The notes: generated by a model not told the origin, from the sequence alone. A stretch of 44,294 nt of DNA from Candidatus Doudnabacteria bacterium (GCA_023245955.1 JAHFJI010000001.1:1-44294), one strand, 5' to 3'. Shown: positions 7,291 through 17,324, counted from the stretch's first letter. A program made the numbers and translations.

Positions 7291-10254
7291 GTGATCAGAG
7301 CACCAAATAAAGAATTGTTTGTTATTGTTTTTGCGTTTTATTCCAATAGCAAAAATAGAAGTATGCTTGGTACAACCTTAGAAAAAAAATCAATCTCGTT
7401 TTTTATTTTGCTGTTTTTATTCTGGCAGACGTGTGTGGCCGGCTTTTTTTTATTTAGTGTTAAACCAGCTAGCGCTACAGTTGTAACTAACGATACGACT
7501 GGAAATTATACAGATGATTTTGCAGATGGAACTGGCCTTTCCAGCACAAGCAATGCCGCTGTAGATGTGGCAAGCGGAACTGTAAAATTAACTAATGGTA
7601 GTAGCGGTTTTACCGCGCCATTTAACACTAGTGGGTACGTTATTATAAATAAAATTGTACCAGTCAGTGTTGCCAAGTGGGGGACGGTCACCATAACACC
7701 AACAACACCAACCGGTACAACTGCGGGGGTGCAAGTTATAGACGAAGAAGGAACACTTTTTTCCGATTCGCTTGTGCCGGGAAACAGCGCCGGTATTACC
7801 ACTTCGTCTTTTAGTATTTCGGATTTGTCCGTAACCAGAACATCCACGCCCAATAGCAATAGCAGTAATGCAAAGTTTGGCCGCATAGCTTTTAAAATAC
7901 TACTCACAACTTCGGATACATCTGTTACTCCTTCGGTAAATAGTTTCGCCTTTTCTTGGACAGTCAGCCAGGGAGACTTAAGCGCTTCGCCTATAGCAAG
8001 CACAGCCTGGGCTGCCCCAAGAGGTAATAACCAGGCTACTGCTCGCGGCACTTACAATTCTAGCGGAATGTATCCGGCACTCCGCTGGAAAAAAACTATT
8101 GGAATTGATAGTGGCGGACCTTTTGTTCGGGGTGTTGGCGACACTGTGTACTATAAAACTTCGGGTGGCATTGTCACTTGGCCCACCGTTAACGACGGTA
8201 CTTTAACGTCTATAAATAAAAATACTGGAGCAACCCAGTGGAGTAGAGTTTTTTCCGGTAATGCTTTTACCAATACAGATTTTACTCTCTCCGCAAACGG
8301 AACTATATATCATTCAGACCAATTCCATGATATGTTCATGGCTTTTGACGGAACAGACGGTAGTCTTAAATGGACGTATCAATTTACGAGCGGGCATAGT
8401 AATACGGAAGCATCTATAGGTTCAGACGGAACTATTTACACCATACGTACCGACGATAGCACTTTCGTTAACGTGTATGCCTTTAACCCAGACGGCTCGG
8501 TTAAATGGATAAAGACAGTTGTACCAAATGGGAGTAAGTTTTCTGGAGGACCAATTTCTATTGGCAGTGATGGCACAGTCTATTTTGTTACCCAAACGTA
8601 CGACAACAGTTTTAACAATACAAATAACGGACTTTTGTACGCGCTTAACCCGACCGATGGCTCTACAAACTTTACCTATGCTACCGGTGATTCGAGCCTC
8701 TATCCGGTTATAGACTCGAGTGGCGTAATTTATGTTGCCAATACTTCTTTAGCCTCCTTACCCAAGAGCATAACCGCGGTAAATTCAAATGGAACACTTA
8801 AGTGGGTGTATAGTTTAGGCACGACCACCCAGTCTTGGAGTTCGCTTGCCTTGCGACTAGACGGCGTGCTACTAGCAGAACGTGTTACCTCCACCTATCC
8901 CACAACCGGTGGTCTGGTAGAAGCTATAAACACTTCGGACGGTACACTTGCTTGGTCAAAACCATTTAGCGACAACAATGGAATTTTTACCCACGTCTTT
9001 ATGACTAATGCGTCTAATGGTTTTTACCGTTCCAGTGTGTTAATACCTGCGAGTGCATCGTTTTCCTTTTTCGACTCGAGCGGGAATAACAAGTGGAACA
9101 TAGTAAGAGACGGCGGAATTGGGTCTAATACTATTATTTACCAGTATGCCATGGAAGATGAAGACGGCAATTTATACATTAATGCAAACCATGCTGGGAT
9201 AGAAGACGTAATTGTTAACACGGTGCCTTGGACTTTGCAAGCTTCTACTAGCACGGTAGCGCCCATCCACGGCGATGCAATTCTATTTTCTGTTACTACT
9301 TCCATGCTGCAAACAAACCCATTAACTGGAGATAGCAATCAAATGCAAGCTGTTATGGATAATGGCACCAAAGTGCCACTTACTTATTCTTCAACAAATA
9401 GTTCAGGTAACACCGTTTGGTCTAGTGCCTATTACACTATTCCAGGTAGCATGGCCTACGGAAGGCATGCGTATACTGTTGAGGCAAACGCAGCTGGGCT
9501 CCAGACAGATGTCCCAGTTAATTTTGCTTCTCCAGCCACTAACTCAAGTAACACTGGTTTAACTACAACTGGCGAGTTTAGTGTGCAAGCAAGTGGCAGT
9601 GGTTTGCCGTCTGGCGCGTATGAACTCCCTAAAATTCCTATTGGAGGCTTTGCTATAGTAGTGAACCATGGAGAGGGTGTAGCAGCGGACAGGAAAGTAA
9701 CGCTACACTTTAATGCCGGTGCAGATGTTAAAAAAATAGCTCTTTCTATGTCTAGCGACTTTGTTGGAGCAAGCCAAGAGCCTTATACAGAAAGTAAATT
9801 GTGGGATGTATGTTCTATCTATTCCGGAGCAGTGGTTAAGCCACTGTGCCCAGATGGTAATTACACGATATATGCAAAGTTTTATACAGCTTGGGGACAA
9901 ACATCGCCTGTTGTTTCAAAAGATATAATTTTAAAAACAGTGGTGGACAAGGTACATAATAAAAAAGTGGCTAGCGCCACTATTCATGCGCCGGCTCAAT
10001 ATGGAGAATTTACGCGCGATTTAAAATACGGTTCCAGTAATCAGCAGGTTATGTGGCTACAAAATGTATTAAAGAACTTAGGCTATTTTCCAGTGCTTGT
10101 TAAGTCGAGCGGTAATTTTGGTGCTATTACAAGGCAATCTTTAAAAAAGTTTCAGTGTGCAAGAAAGATTGCCTGCACAGGCGCGGGTTTAAAAAGTGAG
10201 TATGGCCAAGTGGGCGCAAAAACTAGAGACATACTAAACCAAGTAGTGCAATAA
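7291..10254 (+). CDS. large secreted protein with beta-propeller (PQQ-like) repeats and a C-terminal peptidoglycan-binding domain
   Basis: 987-aa ORF. The likely true start is the ATG at 7363 (MLGTTLEKKSISFFILLFLFWQTCVAGFFLFSVKPASA, a signal peptide). DG(S/T)(L/V)KW / GT(I/V)Y repeats recur. The C-terminus VMWLQNVLKNLGYFP...GNFGAITRQSLKKFQ is PG_binding_1-like. Confidence 0.8.
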   Translation: MIRAPNKELFVIVFAFYSNSKNRSMLGTTLEKKSISFFILLFLFWQTCVAGFFLFSVKPASATVVTNDTTGNYTDDFADGTGLSSTSNAAVDVASGTVKLTNGSSGFTAPFNTSGYVIINKIVPVSVAKWGTVTITPTTPTGTTAGVQVIDEEGTLFSDSLVPGNSAGITTSSFSISDLSVTRTSTPNSNSSNAKFGRIAFKILLTTSDTSVTPSVNSFAFSWTVSQGDLSASPIASTAWAAPRGNNQATARGTYNSSGMYPALRWKKTIGIDSGGPFVRGVGDTVYYKTSGGIVTWPTVNDGTLTSINKNTGATQWSRVFSGNAFTNTDFTLSANGTIYHSDQFHDMFMAFDGTDGSLKWTYQFTSGHSNTEASIGSDGTIYTIRTDDSTFVNVYAFNPDGSVKWIKTVVPNGSKFSGGPISIGSDGTVYFVTQTYDNSFNNTNNGLLYALNPTDGSTNFTYATGDSSLYPVIDSSGVIYVANTSLASLPKSITAVNSNGTLKWVYSLGTTTQSWSSLALRLDGVLLAERVTSTYPTTGGLVEAINTSDGTLAWSKPFSDNNGIFTHVFMTNASNGFYRSSVLIPASASFSFFDSSGNNKWNIVRDGGIGSNTIIYQYAMEDEDGNLYINANHAGIEDVIVNTVPWTLQASTSTVAPIHGDAILFSVTTSMLQTNPLTGDSNQMQAVMDNGTKVPLTYSSTNSSGNTVWSSAYYTIPGSMAYGRHAYTVEANAAGLQTDVPVNFASPATNSSNTGLTTTGEFSVQASGSGLPSGAYELPKIPIGGFAIVVNHGEGVAADRKVTLHFNAGADVKKIALSMSSDFVGASQEPYTESKLWDVCSIYSGAVVKPLCPDGNYTIYAKFYTAWGQTSPVVSKDIILKTVVDKVHNKKVASATIHAPAQYGEFTRDLKYGSSNQQVMWLQNVLKNLGYFPVLVKSSGNFGAITRQSLKKFQCARKIACTGAGLKSEYGQVGAKTRDILNQVVQ

Positions 10255-10314
10255 TTGGGCCAGGTGTGCTACCATATAGTGGTAAAATAAATTTAATTAT
10301 TTTTAAAGAAAAAT

Positions 10315-11841
10315 ATGAAAAGAAAATTTCAACTTGTTGTTTCTATGAGTACGGTCGCACTAATGGTGTTACTTGTTCCAAATTTAGCCTCAGCAGCGTT
10401 AACCCTTAATAGCACTACTATTTTATCTGATGTAGGGCTTAACTTAACCGCTGCTGCAGCATCTACGCATGTTTTACCTGCCAGCACCGCAAGCGCGCTA
10501 CAAGTGACAGATGGAACCAATTCTTTTCTTACCGTAGACACTAGCACCACAACCTCTGGCGCATCTGCTCTTTCAGTTGTTGCCGGTACGGCACCTACTA
10601 TTGCCTCCGCGAGTGGCGCGGAATACACCACTCTTACCGTAACACCGCCAACCATTACCCTGACTGGTACCACCGCTGTTACTTCTACCATGGATAGCAT
10701 ACGTTTCTCCCAGCCAACCATTACCGACGCTTCTGCTGTTACTGTAAGTAATGCTGCAACCGTAACCATAGCCGGAGCACCAATCCCAGCAGGTTCTGCA
10801 ACCATAACCCAAGCCAGTGGATTAAAGATAGAAGCAGGAGCAGTGGCCAGTGGCGCAACCCGTGCCTACGGACTCTTTGTTGATTCTCCAACCAGCGGGA
10901 CAGCAAACTACGCTGCTTTGTTTAATACGGGTAATGTGGGGATAGGTGTTGCTGCACCGGCCGGTCCTTTAGATGTAAGAAATACTACAACGAGCACGAG
11001 TACATATTATGGAACTCTTATTGTTCCTACAGATAACGCCAGCGGTACTTTAAGTGATAGAGCCGGCTTGCTTTTAAGTATGAGTGTTACAAATAACACT
11101 GCGAAAACTATTACTAATGTGAACACTCTGTCTGTCTCGGTAAATGATTCAGGAGATAACACTACCATAACGAATTATAGAGCTGGTAATTTCTCCACAG
11201 GCATTGCTTTCGGTATGTCTACGGTAGCCATTACCAACATGGTAGGCTTAGAAACTCTTCTGACCATTGGCAGTGGTAGTAGCCTCACCGTTACTAACGG
11301 TTATGGACTTAAGGTGAAAGGGCCTACCTTTGGTGCTGGGACTATTACGAACAACTACGGTGTGCACATAGAAGACCAGACCAATACTGGAAGTGGCACC
11401 ATTACCAACAACTGGAACCTGTACTCGGCTGGTTCTACTACCCGTAACTATTTTGGTGGGAGCGTGGCTATTGGCGTTACATCTACAACTAGCAACTCTA
11501 AACTAGAAGTTAAAGACGGGCACTATGCTTCTACCCAAACTACAGCGCCAACCTCTAGCGTAACCGGTACAGGTTATTCCGGGTCTTCCATGGTCAGCGG
11601 CAGTACAGATACAAAAGGTGGTATAACCGCAACAGTGGGCGCTGCTGCTGGCACGCTCGTAGTAACTTTTAACGCTGCCTATGCAACAGCGCCAATCTGT
11701 ACTGCAAGTCCAGCCACCGCAACCGGTCAGGTAGATGTGATTAAAATGTACGTAACTTCTTCAACTTCTGTTCTAACCTTAAATTTTGTCGCCACGCCAA
11801 CTGGTGGTAGCGAAACCTGGAATTACATTTGCGTGCAATAG
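10315..11841 (+). CDS. secreted T/S/A/G-rich surface protein, hypothetical
   Basis: 508 aa with a signal peptide (MKRKFQLVVSMSTVALMVLLVPNLASA). Low-complexity Thr/Ala/Ser/Gly-rich body with a cysteine pair near the C-terminus. Confidence 0.7.
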   Translation: MKRKFQLVVSMSTVALMVLLVPNLASAALTLNSTTILSDVGLNLTAAAASTHVLPASTASALQVTDGTNSFLTVDTSTTTSGASALSVVAGTAPTIASASGAEYTTLTVTPPTITLTGTTAVTSTMDSIRFSQPTITDASAVTVSNAATVTIAGAPIPAGSATITQASGLKIEAGAVASGATRAYGLFVDSPTSGTANYAALFNTGNVGIGVAAPAGPLDVRNTTTSTSTYYGTLIVPTDNASGTLSDRAGLLLSMSVTNNTAKTITNVNTLSVSVNDSGDNTTITNYRAGNFSTGIAFGMSTVAITNMVGLETLLTIGSGSSLTVTNGYGLKVKGPTFGAGTITNNYGVHIEDQTNTGSGTITNNWNLYSAGSTTRNYFGGSVAIGVTSTTSNSKLEVKDGHYASTQTTAPTSSVTGTGYSGSSMVSGSTDTKGGITATVGAAAGTLVVTFNAAYATAPICTASPATATGQVDVIKMYVTSSTSVLTLNFVATPTGGSETWNYICVQ

Positions 11842-11859
11842 GTCTAGCTCTAACTGTTA

Positions 11860-11888
11860 AAAAAATCCCGCGCTAAGCGGGATTTTTG
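11860..11888 (+). terminator. rho-independent terminator
   Basis: ATCCCGC-gctaa-GCGGGAT followed by TTTTT. Confidence 0.7.
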
Positions 11889-11960
11889 TTTTCAATAGAC
11901 ACGGGAAGTGGCCGAGTTCTTTCCTAGGTAAAAAAATACTCCAACAACCGGACGAGGTTT

Positions 11961-12956
11961 TTAGTTTGCTTGAATTATTTCCCATGTAGCACCAGTGCGT
12001 TTTAAAATACCAGGAAAGGCGAAGCCTGCGGCGTTGCGGTGACCGCCACCGCCTAAGAGGCGGGCAAGTATGCCCACGTCTACACCACCACCAGGTTTAT
12101 GAGGGTCGCTACGTAAGCTGCCCTTTACTAGGTTGCCGTCTTGTTTTAGGAACATAGCAAACCTAGCTTCTGGAACTTTATTTATAGATTCCACAAATTC
12201 TTGGAATACAGACTGAGGAGGATTCCCAAGGATTTCTAAATCACGGGAGTCAATGACTCCGCAAATCATGCCAGACTCTGGCACTACCCAGGTATTGTTT
12301 AAAGCAAGACTCCAGGCTTTAAGCGTTTTTGCATCTTTGTTGCCGAATACTTGACTAGCAATTTGGCTAGGTCTTGCTCCTTTTGTGAGTAGGGTGCTAG
12401 CGGTTCTTAAAGTAGAAACTTTGGTATTTGTATGCATAAAAGAGCCGGTATCTGTCATAATGCCAGCAAGTAGACAAGTGGCGGTATTTTGATTAATTAT
12501 CCATCCATTTGCTTGTATAAATTCGTACATGAGTTCGGCCACGGAAGAAGCTTCCGGGTTTACCACATTTATTTGTCCATAGAGTTTGTTATCTGGGTGG
12601 TGGTCAAAGTTTATAATCGGACAATTGATACTTGTGAGTTCCGGGATATTTGCTCGTTTTAGGTCGGAGCAACCAGAAATAACCACGTAGTCTGGTTTTA
12701 TGTTTTTGGGCAATCCTTCCGTTACCCATTCGCTCCCAGGTAAAAACTTAAGTTGCTCAGGCACTCCACCAATCACTCCTATGTGAACTCTTTTGCCTAA
12801 GTTTTGCAGTGTGTGGGCAAGTGCCAGTACTGTACCTAGGTCGTCACCGTCGGTGCGCTCATGGGTAGTAAAAAAAATAACTGCGGATGCTTTTAAAGCT
12901 TCCGCGGCAAGTGTAAAATTTATATGTAATTTATCTCCATTGTCTGCGTATTGCAT
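11961..12956 (-). CDS. DHH/DHHA1 family phosphoesterase (NrnA-like oligoribonuclease/pAp phosphatase)
   Basis: 331 aa with HERTDGDDLG, DHHPDN and GGGGH motifs. Confidence 0.85.
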   Translation of the reverse strand: MQYADNGDKLHINFTLAAEALKASAVIFFTTHERTDGDDLGTVLALAHTLQNLGKRVHIGVIGGVPEQLKFLPGSEWVTEGLPKNIKPDYVVISGCSDLKRANIPELTSINCPIINFDHHPDNKLYGQINVVNPEASSVAELMYEFIQANGWIINQNTATCLLAGIMTDTGSFMHTNTKVSTLRTASTLLTKGARPSQIASQVFGNKDAKTLKAWSLALNNTWVVPESGMICGVIDSRDLEILGNPPQSVFQEFVESINKVPEARFAMFLKQDGNLVKGSLRSDPHKPGGGVDVGILARLLGGGGHRNAAGFAFPGILKRTGATWEIIQAN

Positions 12957-12960
12957 GGGT

Positions 12961-13320
12961 TTAGCTGTCTTTGTGGATTTTGTCCATTAACTCCGAGAGG
13001 TGCTGAGCCTGTCTTGGTGAAGTATCTAGGTGAAATTCTAGCCTAGGTATTACTTTCATAGCCAATTCCCTGTTTATTTCCCCTTGTATGTGGTATATGT
13101 TGCTTTTGAGCTCAGCTAAAACCACTTCGTCTTTACCACCAAAAATAGATAGCCACACTTTTGCCACCCTCATATCTGGGGTTACGTCCACTTTACTTAC
13201 AGTGGCTAGTGAGTTGGTTTCCAGGGTATATTCTCTTATAATTGGCCCAAGAAGGGCTTGGATAAGACTCCCTACCCGTTCTGGCCTCACACTGTGGTCT
13301 TTGGGGTTTTTATCTGTCAT
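12961..13320 (-). CDS. rbfA: ribosome-binding factor A
   Basis: 119 aa located immediately downstream of infB, with a typical RbfA pattern (R.ERV...I...L..II). Confidence 0.8.
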   Translation of the reverse strand: MTDKNPKDHSVRPERVGSLIQALLGPIIREYTLETNSLATVSKVDVTPDMRVAKVWLSIFGGKDEVVLAELKSNIYHIQGEINRELAMKVIPRLEFHLDTSPRQAQHLSELMDKIHKDS

Positions 13321-13337
13321 AAATAATTAGTATTATT

Positions 13338-13432
13338 CTCTACGAACTTATGAAATGTACGAAATTGCGAAAATAAGAATCAGGTAAAAGTACAGGTTTC
13401 GTACTTTCGTAATGGTTAGTAAGTTCGTAGAG
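13338..13432 (-). promoter_or_regulatory. long imperfect hairpin filling the infB-rbfA spacer
   Basis: The 13-bp perfect arms are CTCTACGAACTTA (13338-13350) and TAAGTTCGTAGAG (13420-13432). There is inner GTACGAAA/TTTCGTAC pairing. Confidence 0.45.
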
Positions 13433-13434
13433 GT

Positions 13435-15360
13435 CTAAAGGCTTTTCTGCTTTAAGACTTCCTCAAAAGATTCTAATATATCTCCTACTTTTACTACTAT
13501 GCTACCTTTTATTTTCATACCAAACTCATGGCCGCTACTAACTTCTTTGGTGGCCACTTTTTGTTCTTGTAACTCTATAATATCTACTTTTCCTAAATTA
13601 ACTTCTCCACGCCAGATGGCCAATTGTTTGTTTTTACGGAGTTCGCCGTCTTTTACTTTACCGCCGATAATCATTTCACCTTTTTCGGTCCGGAAGATAG
13701 CTAGTATCTCCGCTTTTCCAAAAGTTGTATGTTCGTATTCTGGGGTAAAGAGTTTTACTACAGCTGTGGTAATGTCTTCTAGTAGCTCGTAAATAACTTC
13801 GTAAGTGTCTACGCTTACTTGTTTTTGCTTGGCCAGATTTATAGCCTTGGGATTAGTTTTCGTTCTGAAAGCAATTATAGTTGCCTTGCTTGAACTGGCT
13901 AGCAAGACGTCCGATTCATTTACTTCTCCAACGCCTTGGCTAACTAGGCTAATGGTAACTTCATCATTTTTGAGCTTGGCCAGTGACTGGTTTATGGCTT
14001 CTAGTGAGCCAGCTACATCTGCTTTTATAATTAAGTTGACTGTTTTGCTGGTGCTGTCCCCTTGAAGCTGGGTTTTTGTCTTAAGCGTATGGCTTCGTTT
14101 TTGACGTAGAGCAAAGTCTGCCAAGTTTTTAGCTGTATCTATTGCATCCAAAGTTTGAATAATGTCTCCTGCTTCTGGCGCAACGGAAAAACCAGAAACT
14201 TCTACAGGTGTGGCGGGGGTAACGTTCTTGAGCTTTCTCCCCCGTTCATCTTCTAGGCTCTTAATGCGTCCATAGCCACAGCCGGCTACTATAATGTCGC
14301 CTACGCGCATGGTACCATTTTGTACAATTACGCTGGCAACTGCACCCTTACCGCGTTCGGTGTGAGATTCTATAACTGTGCCAACAGCACGACCATTCGG
14401 GTTTGCTCGGTAATTTTCTACTTCGGCTAGTAGTAAAAGCATGTCTAAGAGCTGGTCTATGCCCTGATTGTTTTTGGCTGATACTTCTACAGCAATGGTC
14501 TTTCCACCCCATTCTTCAGTTACTACGCCAAGGTTAGCCAACTCCTGCTTTACTTTCATAGTGTTGGCGTTTTCTTTATCAACCTTGTTTATAGCAACTA
14601 TAATAGGTACTTCGGAAAACTTGGCTCGGTTTATAACTTCTACTGTTTGTGGGCGTACGCCGTCATCGGCTGCGACTACGAGTACTATTAAATCGGTTAC
14701 GTTTGCGCCACGCGCGCGCATTTCAGAAAAGGCTTCGTGCCCAGGTGTATCAAGAAAAGTAATAAGCTTGCCGTTGTGTTTTACTTGATACGCACCAATA
14801 TGCTGAGTAATACCACCGGACTCTCCACCAACAACATCGGTTTTGCGGATAGCATCTAGTAGCGTGGTTTTTCCATGGTCTACGTGGCCCATAACTGCCA
14901 CAATTGGTGGGCGAGACACTAAGGACTCTTCTGTTTCTTGGTTGAGTATTTCTTGTAGTTGGCCTGTGCCAATGCTGGCTTTATTGCTCTGCTCTTCTGC
15001 TAGTACTTCAAAGCCCATGTCCTGTGCAATAATCGTTGCGGTGTCATAGTCTATCTCCTCGTTTATGGTAGCCATGACCCCATTTTGGATGAGTACTTTG
15101 ATTATCTCAGTAACAGGCTTTTTTAGAAGTTCGGCAAAGTCTCTCACTTTTATAAACGGTGGAATGTGAACAGTTATAGGGGTAACTGGGCCAGTTGGAG
15201 CAACGACTTTCTTTGGGCTGAGGGCTTCAAAAATCCGATTAGCTACAAAATTATCTAGCTTATTGGCTCTTGGGGGTATGTTAATACCAGCTGCGGCTGC
15301 CTTGGTCCGAAGTTCTGGGATGGATAGATTTAGTTGTGAAGATAAACTAGATAAGTTCAT
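13435..15360 (-). CDS. infB: translation initiation factor IF-2
   Basis: 641 aa with the GTPase motifs GHVDHGKTTLLD, DTPGH and NKVD. Confidence 0.95.
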   Translation of the reverse strand: MNLSSLSSQLNLSIPELRTKAAAAGINIPPRANKLDNFVANRIFEALSPKKVVAPTGPVTPITVHIPPFIKVRDFAELLKKPVTEIIKVLIQNGVMATINEEIDYDTATIIAQDMGFEVLAEEQSNKASIGTGQLQEILNQETEESLVSRPPIVAVMGHVDHGKTTLLDAIRKTDVVGGESGGITQHIGAYQVKHNGKLITFLDTPGHEAFSEMRARGANVTDLIVLVVAADDGVRPQTVEVINRAKFSEVPIIVAINKVDKENANTMKVKQELANLGVVTEEWGGKTIAVEVSAKNNQGIDQLLDMLLLLAEVENYRANPNGRAVGTVIESHTERGKGAVASVIVQNGTMRVGDIIVAGCGYGRIKSLEDERGRKLKNVTPATPVEVSGFSVAPEAGDIIQTLDAIDTAKNLADFALRQKRSHTLKTKTQLQGDSTSKTVNLIIKADVAGSLEAINQSLAKLKNDEVTISLVSQGVGEVNESDVLLASSSKATIIAFRTKTNPKAINLAKQKQVSVDTYEVIYELLEDITTAVVKLFTPEYEHTTFGKAEILAIFRTEKGEMIIGGKVKDGELRKNKQLAIWRGEVNLGKVDIIELQEQKVATKEVSSGHEFGMKIKGSIVVKVGDILESFEEVLKQKSL

Positions 15361-15484
15361 GAATGAAAGATACCAATATACAAATGAGTACGAATGGAAC
15401 TAATGGATACAAATAATACTCTGGATTATGAGTACAACTGTTAAATTGTACAGAAAATAAGGGGAAAAAGCAAGCTCCGGAATT

Positions 15485-15570
15485 GCAGATTGCAGATTGC
15501 AGATTGTAGATTTGAATAACAAAATAAGGTCATAATTCAATTTGCAATTTAAAATCTGCAATTTGCAATT
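15485..15570. repeat. 7-mer word stutter (GCAGATT x3 plus GTAGATT) with an inverted partner (AATCTGC, GCAATTT x3)
   Basis: Read directly. The two arrays are reverse-complementary words about 40 nt apart. Confidence 0.6.
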
Positions 15571-16429
15571 AGAATGTTCGCAGTTTTCCTACTATCATAC
15601 GTTGTTTTTTGCCGGCCATTTTTACTGTGGTTGGGAATTTGGCGACTGGTCTTCCAAACATGGTAAGGGTTTGACCTCTCGGCTCTAAAAATTCTACAGA
15701 GGTACAAGAAATAACTGTTGCATTAGGTAGCGACTCCAGCCTTCCTTCTTTGAGGGTTTCTCGTATTTTTAACGTATCCAATCTAGAGGTTTTTTCTATT
15801 AGCATTAGATCCAGATACCCATCTGTAGGGTTGGCAATTTTCTGGTGTTTGGTGGAAGCGCCTCTACTATTTACTAAGAGACCACCTGGGCCAGTAATAT
15901 CTAAAATATATGAATTATCTATTTTGAGTTGCCAGTTAGTGCTTGGTCGTGAAAAGAGTTGTAGCGTCTTCCAGAGTCCAGCTTGCTCTAAATTTTGGCT
16001 CATTATTCCAAACTCTAGAAAACTAATAAAGTAAAAAGAGCCAATTACCGCTAGGTCTATATTGGCGATTCTCCGAGCGGCGATAGTTTTTACTCCAGTT
16101 GCAATATCGTTTATGCCCAATATGTGTGCTAAATAAGACTCTTTATTGCCAAGTGGAATAAAGCCTAGTAAAAAATCTCGGTGTTTTAGGGCCACTAAAA
16201 CTTGATTTAAGGTGTCGTCACTGCCACAAGCCACTATAGTGCTGGCTCCCCTATTTGCAGCTATATCTACTAAGTCTACTACTGTTTTAAGGGTGGTTAC
16301 CCGGCCTATTTCACCAGAAATGTTAAATTCATGCAAAAGTCCTTGCAATTCTCCTTGCAATTGTTCAAATTTTGGTAGCGCTAGTTTGCCTGGGTCAAGG
16401 ATATAATAGTACATAATAAAAATTTCCAA
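15569..16429 (-). CDS. diacylglycerol/lipid kinase family protein (YegS-like)
   Basis: 286 aa with GSDDTLNQV in place of the canonical GGDGT motif. The probable true start is the ATG at 16414 (MYYYILDP). Confidence 0.7.
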   Translation of the reverse strand: MEIFIMYYYILDPGKLALPKFEQLQGELQGLLHEFNISGEIGRVTTLKTVVDLVDIAANRGASTIVACGSDDTLNQVLVALKHRDFLLGFIPLGNKESYLAHILGINDIATGVKTIAARRIANIDLAVIGSFYFISFLEFGIMSQNLEQAGLWKTLQLFSRPSTNWQLKIDNSYILDITGPGGLLVNSRGASTKHQKIANPTDGYLDLMLIEKTSRLDTLKIRETLKEGRLESLPNATVISCTSVEFLEPRGQTLTMFGRPVAKFPTTVKMAGKKQRMIVGKLRTF

Positions 16430-16525
16430 TTTCTAATTTCCAATTTCTAACATAGATGTGCCTGGCCTAAGCCAACAACTCTGTATTGTTTTAGAAATTA
16501 GTAATTAGTAATTAGAAATTATCTT

Positions 16526-16915
16526 TTAGCTCTCTGGGTCTGGCTCGTTTAGTTTTTTACCGGTTTTTTCGCTTGAACCCATAGAACATTTACCCGAAAA
16601 TTGAGCCCCATCTTCTACGCGGAGTATCGCGCAGGAAACATCTCCACTTATACGAGCGGTGCTTTCTAAGATTAAACTCCCAGAAACTTTAATATTTCCA
16701 AGGATTTCCCCTGCCACAGTGCAGTTGCCAGCTGTTACGTTTGCTGTAATCTTAGAAGATTCTCCGGCGTATACATTTTGAGTGGTTTTAACTGTCCCGT
16801 TTACGTGTCCTTCTATACGGATGTTCCCTTCTGAGTTAAAGTCCCCCTGAATCTTAACTGATGGTCCTACTACTGTTTCGGCTGGTCCTGTGGAATTGTC
16901 TTGTATTTTCTCCAT
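16526..16915 (-). CDS. bactofilin-family polymer-forming protein
   Basis: 129 aa with beta-helical repeats typical of bactofilin (G.I.G.V.....V.........G.I.A..V.V.G.V.G). Confidence 0.75.
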   Translation of the reverse strand: MEKIQDNSTGPAETVVGPSVKIQGDFNSEGNIRIEGHVNGTVKTTQNVYAGESSKITANVTAGNCTVAGEILGNIKVSGSLILESTARISGDVSCAILRVEDGAQFSGKCSMGSSEKTGKKLNEPDPES

Positions 16916-17037
16916 ATTTATGTACTTTTTCTTTAATAGTGAGGTTTTTTATAGTTCTCTGTGGCGCTATTGTAACATTCTGCGTGCTTCCCAGCAACCA
17001 AGCTTTGCGCTATAATATCTTTAATTAATGCCAAAGT

Positions 17038-17244
17038 ATGTCTAAGAAAAAACACCGAGAACAAGAAGCTCAAAACACGCATGCTGGCCTAGTTGCCACA
17101 TCTGAATATTCAGTTATATTTTCAGATTTAACTAGAGTCGTCTTGCTAAATCTATTGTATTTGGGACTTGTTTTGGCTTTGTACTATTATAATCATAAAA
17201 CAGCTTTTCTAGAGCAATATGTAGCCAGACTATTCCATTGGTAA
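17038..17244 (+). CDS. small membrane protein, hypothetical
   Basis: 68 aa with one hydrophobic helix (VVLLNLLYLGLVLALYYY), followed by a terminator. Confidence 0.4.
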   Translation: MSKKKHREQEAQNTHAGLVATSEYSVIFSDLTRVVLLNLLYLGLVLALYYYNHKTAFLEQYVARLFHW

Positions 17245-17287
17245 TAATTGCTAGTAAATCAAAAAACACCCGATTGATCTGAGCCCC

Positions 17288-17324
17288 AAAAAGTAGACTC
17301 CTAAAAAAGTCTACTTTTTGTTTT
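17288..17324 (+). terminator. rho-independent terminator
   Basis: AAAAAGTAGAC-tcctaaaaaa-GTCTACTTTTT. Confidence 0.6.

Noticed and set aside
10329-10812. Minus-strand ORFs of 158 and 79 aa, and similar antisense ORFs in infB, ftsK, hsp20 (34368-34724) and the R-M genes
   Set aside because: They are antisense shadows of well-supported longer genes.
15470-16525. Possible CRISPR array suggested by short tandem repeats
   Set aside because: The repeat units are only 7-14 nt, directly abutting, with no unique spacers and no cas genes anywhere in the window.
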